Shown here in pieces: positions 63,689-64,000 of a stretch of DNA of 64,000 bases. Below the pieces are notes generated by a model. It was not told the origin of the DNA. It worked only from the letters and a program-made list of their open reading frames with translations, and made no database searches. The position numbers and the translations under genes were made by a program. How positions within the stretch are numbered: the first letter of the stretch is position 1; the number at the start of each line of letters is the position of its first letter. Source of the DNA: Gemmatimonadales bacterium. GTDB taxonomy: Bacteria > Gemmatimonadota > Gemmatimonadetes > Gemmatimonadales > GWC2-71-9. Location of the stretch: contig JBBQFH010000014.1 in NCBI GenBank assembly GCA_038321865.1, forward strand, positions 1 to 64,000, given 5' to 3'.

Positions 63689-64000
63689 ATGCGAATTCTG
63701 CACCTGGCGAAATACTACTGGCCGCGTTCCGGCGGAATGGAGCGCGTGGTCCAGGACCTGGCCGAAGGCGCCTCGCTGCTCGGGCACCAGGTCGAGGTCG
63801 TCGCCGTGCAGAGCGTCGGCCGACAGGGGGCAAGCGCGCGGCAGCGGTCGTCGGTCACGCGCGCCTTCTCGTTCGGCGCACTGGGAACGCAGGAGTTCGC
63901 GCCGGGGTACATCGCCGCCGCCTGGAAACGGGCCGACGTCATCCACGTGCACCACCCGCACTCGCTGGCGGACATCGCCTGTCTCCTTCGGGCGGGACGC
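63689..64000 (+). CDS. Glycosyltransferase family 4, N-terminal part (runs off window)
   Basis: ATG 63689 gives MRILHLAKYYWPRSGGMERVVQDLAEG...GHQVEVV...ADVIHVHHP. Open to the window end. Confidence 0.8.
   Translation, partial: MRILHLAKYYWPRSGGMERVVQDLAEGASLLGHQVEVVAVQSVGRQGASARQRSSVTRAFSFGALGTQEFAPGYIAAAWKRADVIHVHHPHSLADIACLLRAGR

Overview
High-GC, gene-dense core-chromosome segment of a diderm bacterium. Gene order and protein styles suggest Gemmatimonadota (inference). About 59 CDS, nearly all on the + strand and often translationally coupled. In order: nucleotide-sugar enzymes, TPR proteins, bamD-nadD-secA, a small minus-strand islet (arylsulfotransferase-like lipoprotein plus XRE regulator), radC-rel-EVE-uvrB-tsaE-tsaB-rimI-ssb, LysM-galE-tolQRAB-pal-cpoB, a single 1164-aa ORF joining TatC to an LptD-like beta-barrel protein, hutH, ispB, tatA, surA/ppiD, aroQ-pepQ-efp-accB-pilT-accC-comB-ftsK, yraN-recA-recX-alaS, PHP phosphatase, SDR, asparaginase, CCA enzyme, ZIP transporter, rarA, LEA_2, hflX and the edge of a polysaccharide locus. 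I recognised no rRNA, tRNA, CRISPR array, transposase or integrase. Most interesting signals: (1) a TatC::LptD polyprotein linked by an internal signal peptide; (2) a candidate direct-repeat SOS box at the recA and uvrB promoters; (3) a PilT/PilU ATPase gene placed between accB and accC and overlapping both; (4) hflX apparently lacking a canonical start codon; (5) repeated leaderless-mRNA promoter architecture; (6) an XRE regulator with tandem operators and a 17-aa upstream ORF. All family assignments come from motif recognition by eye, not database searches.
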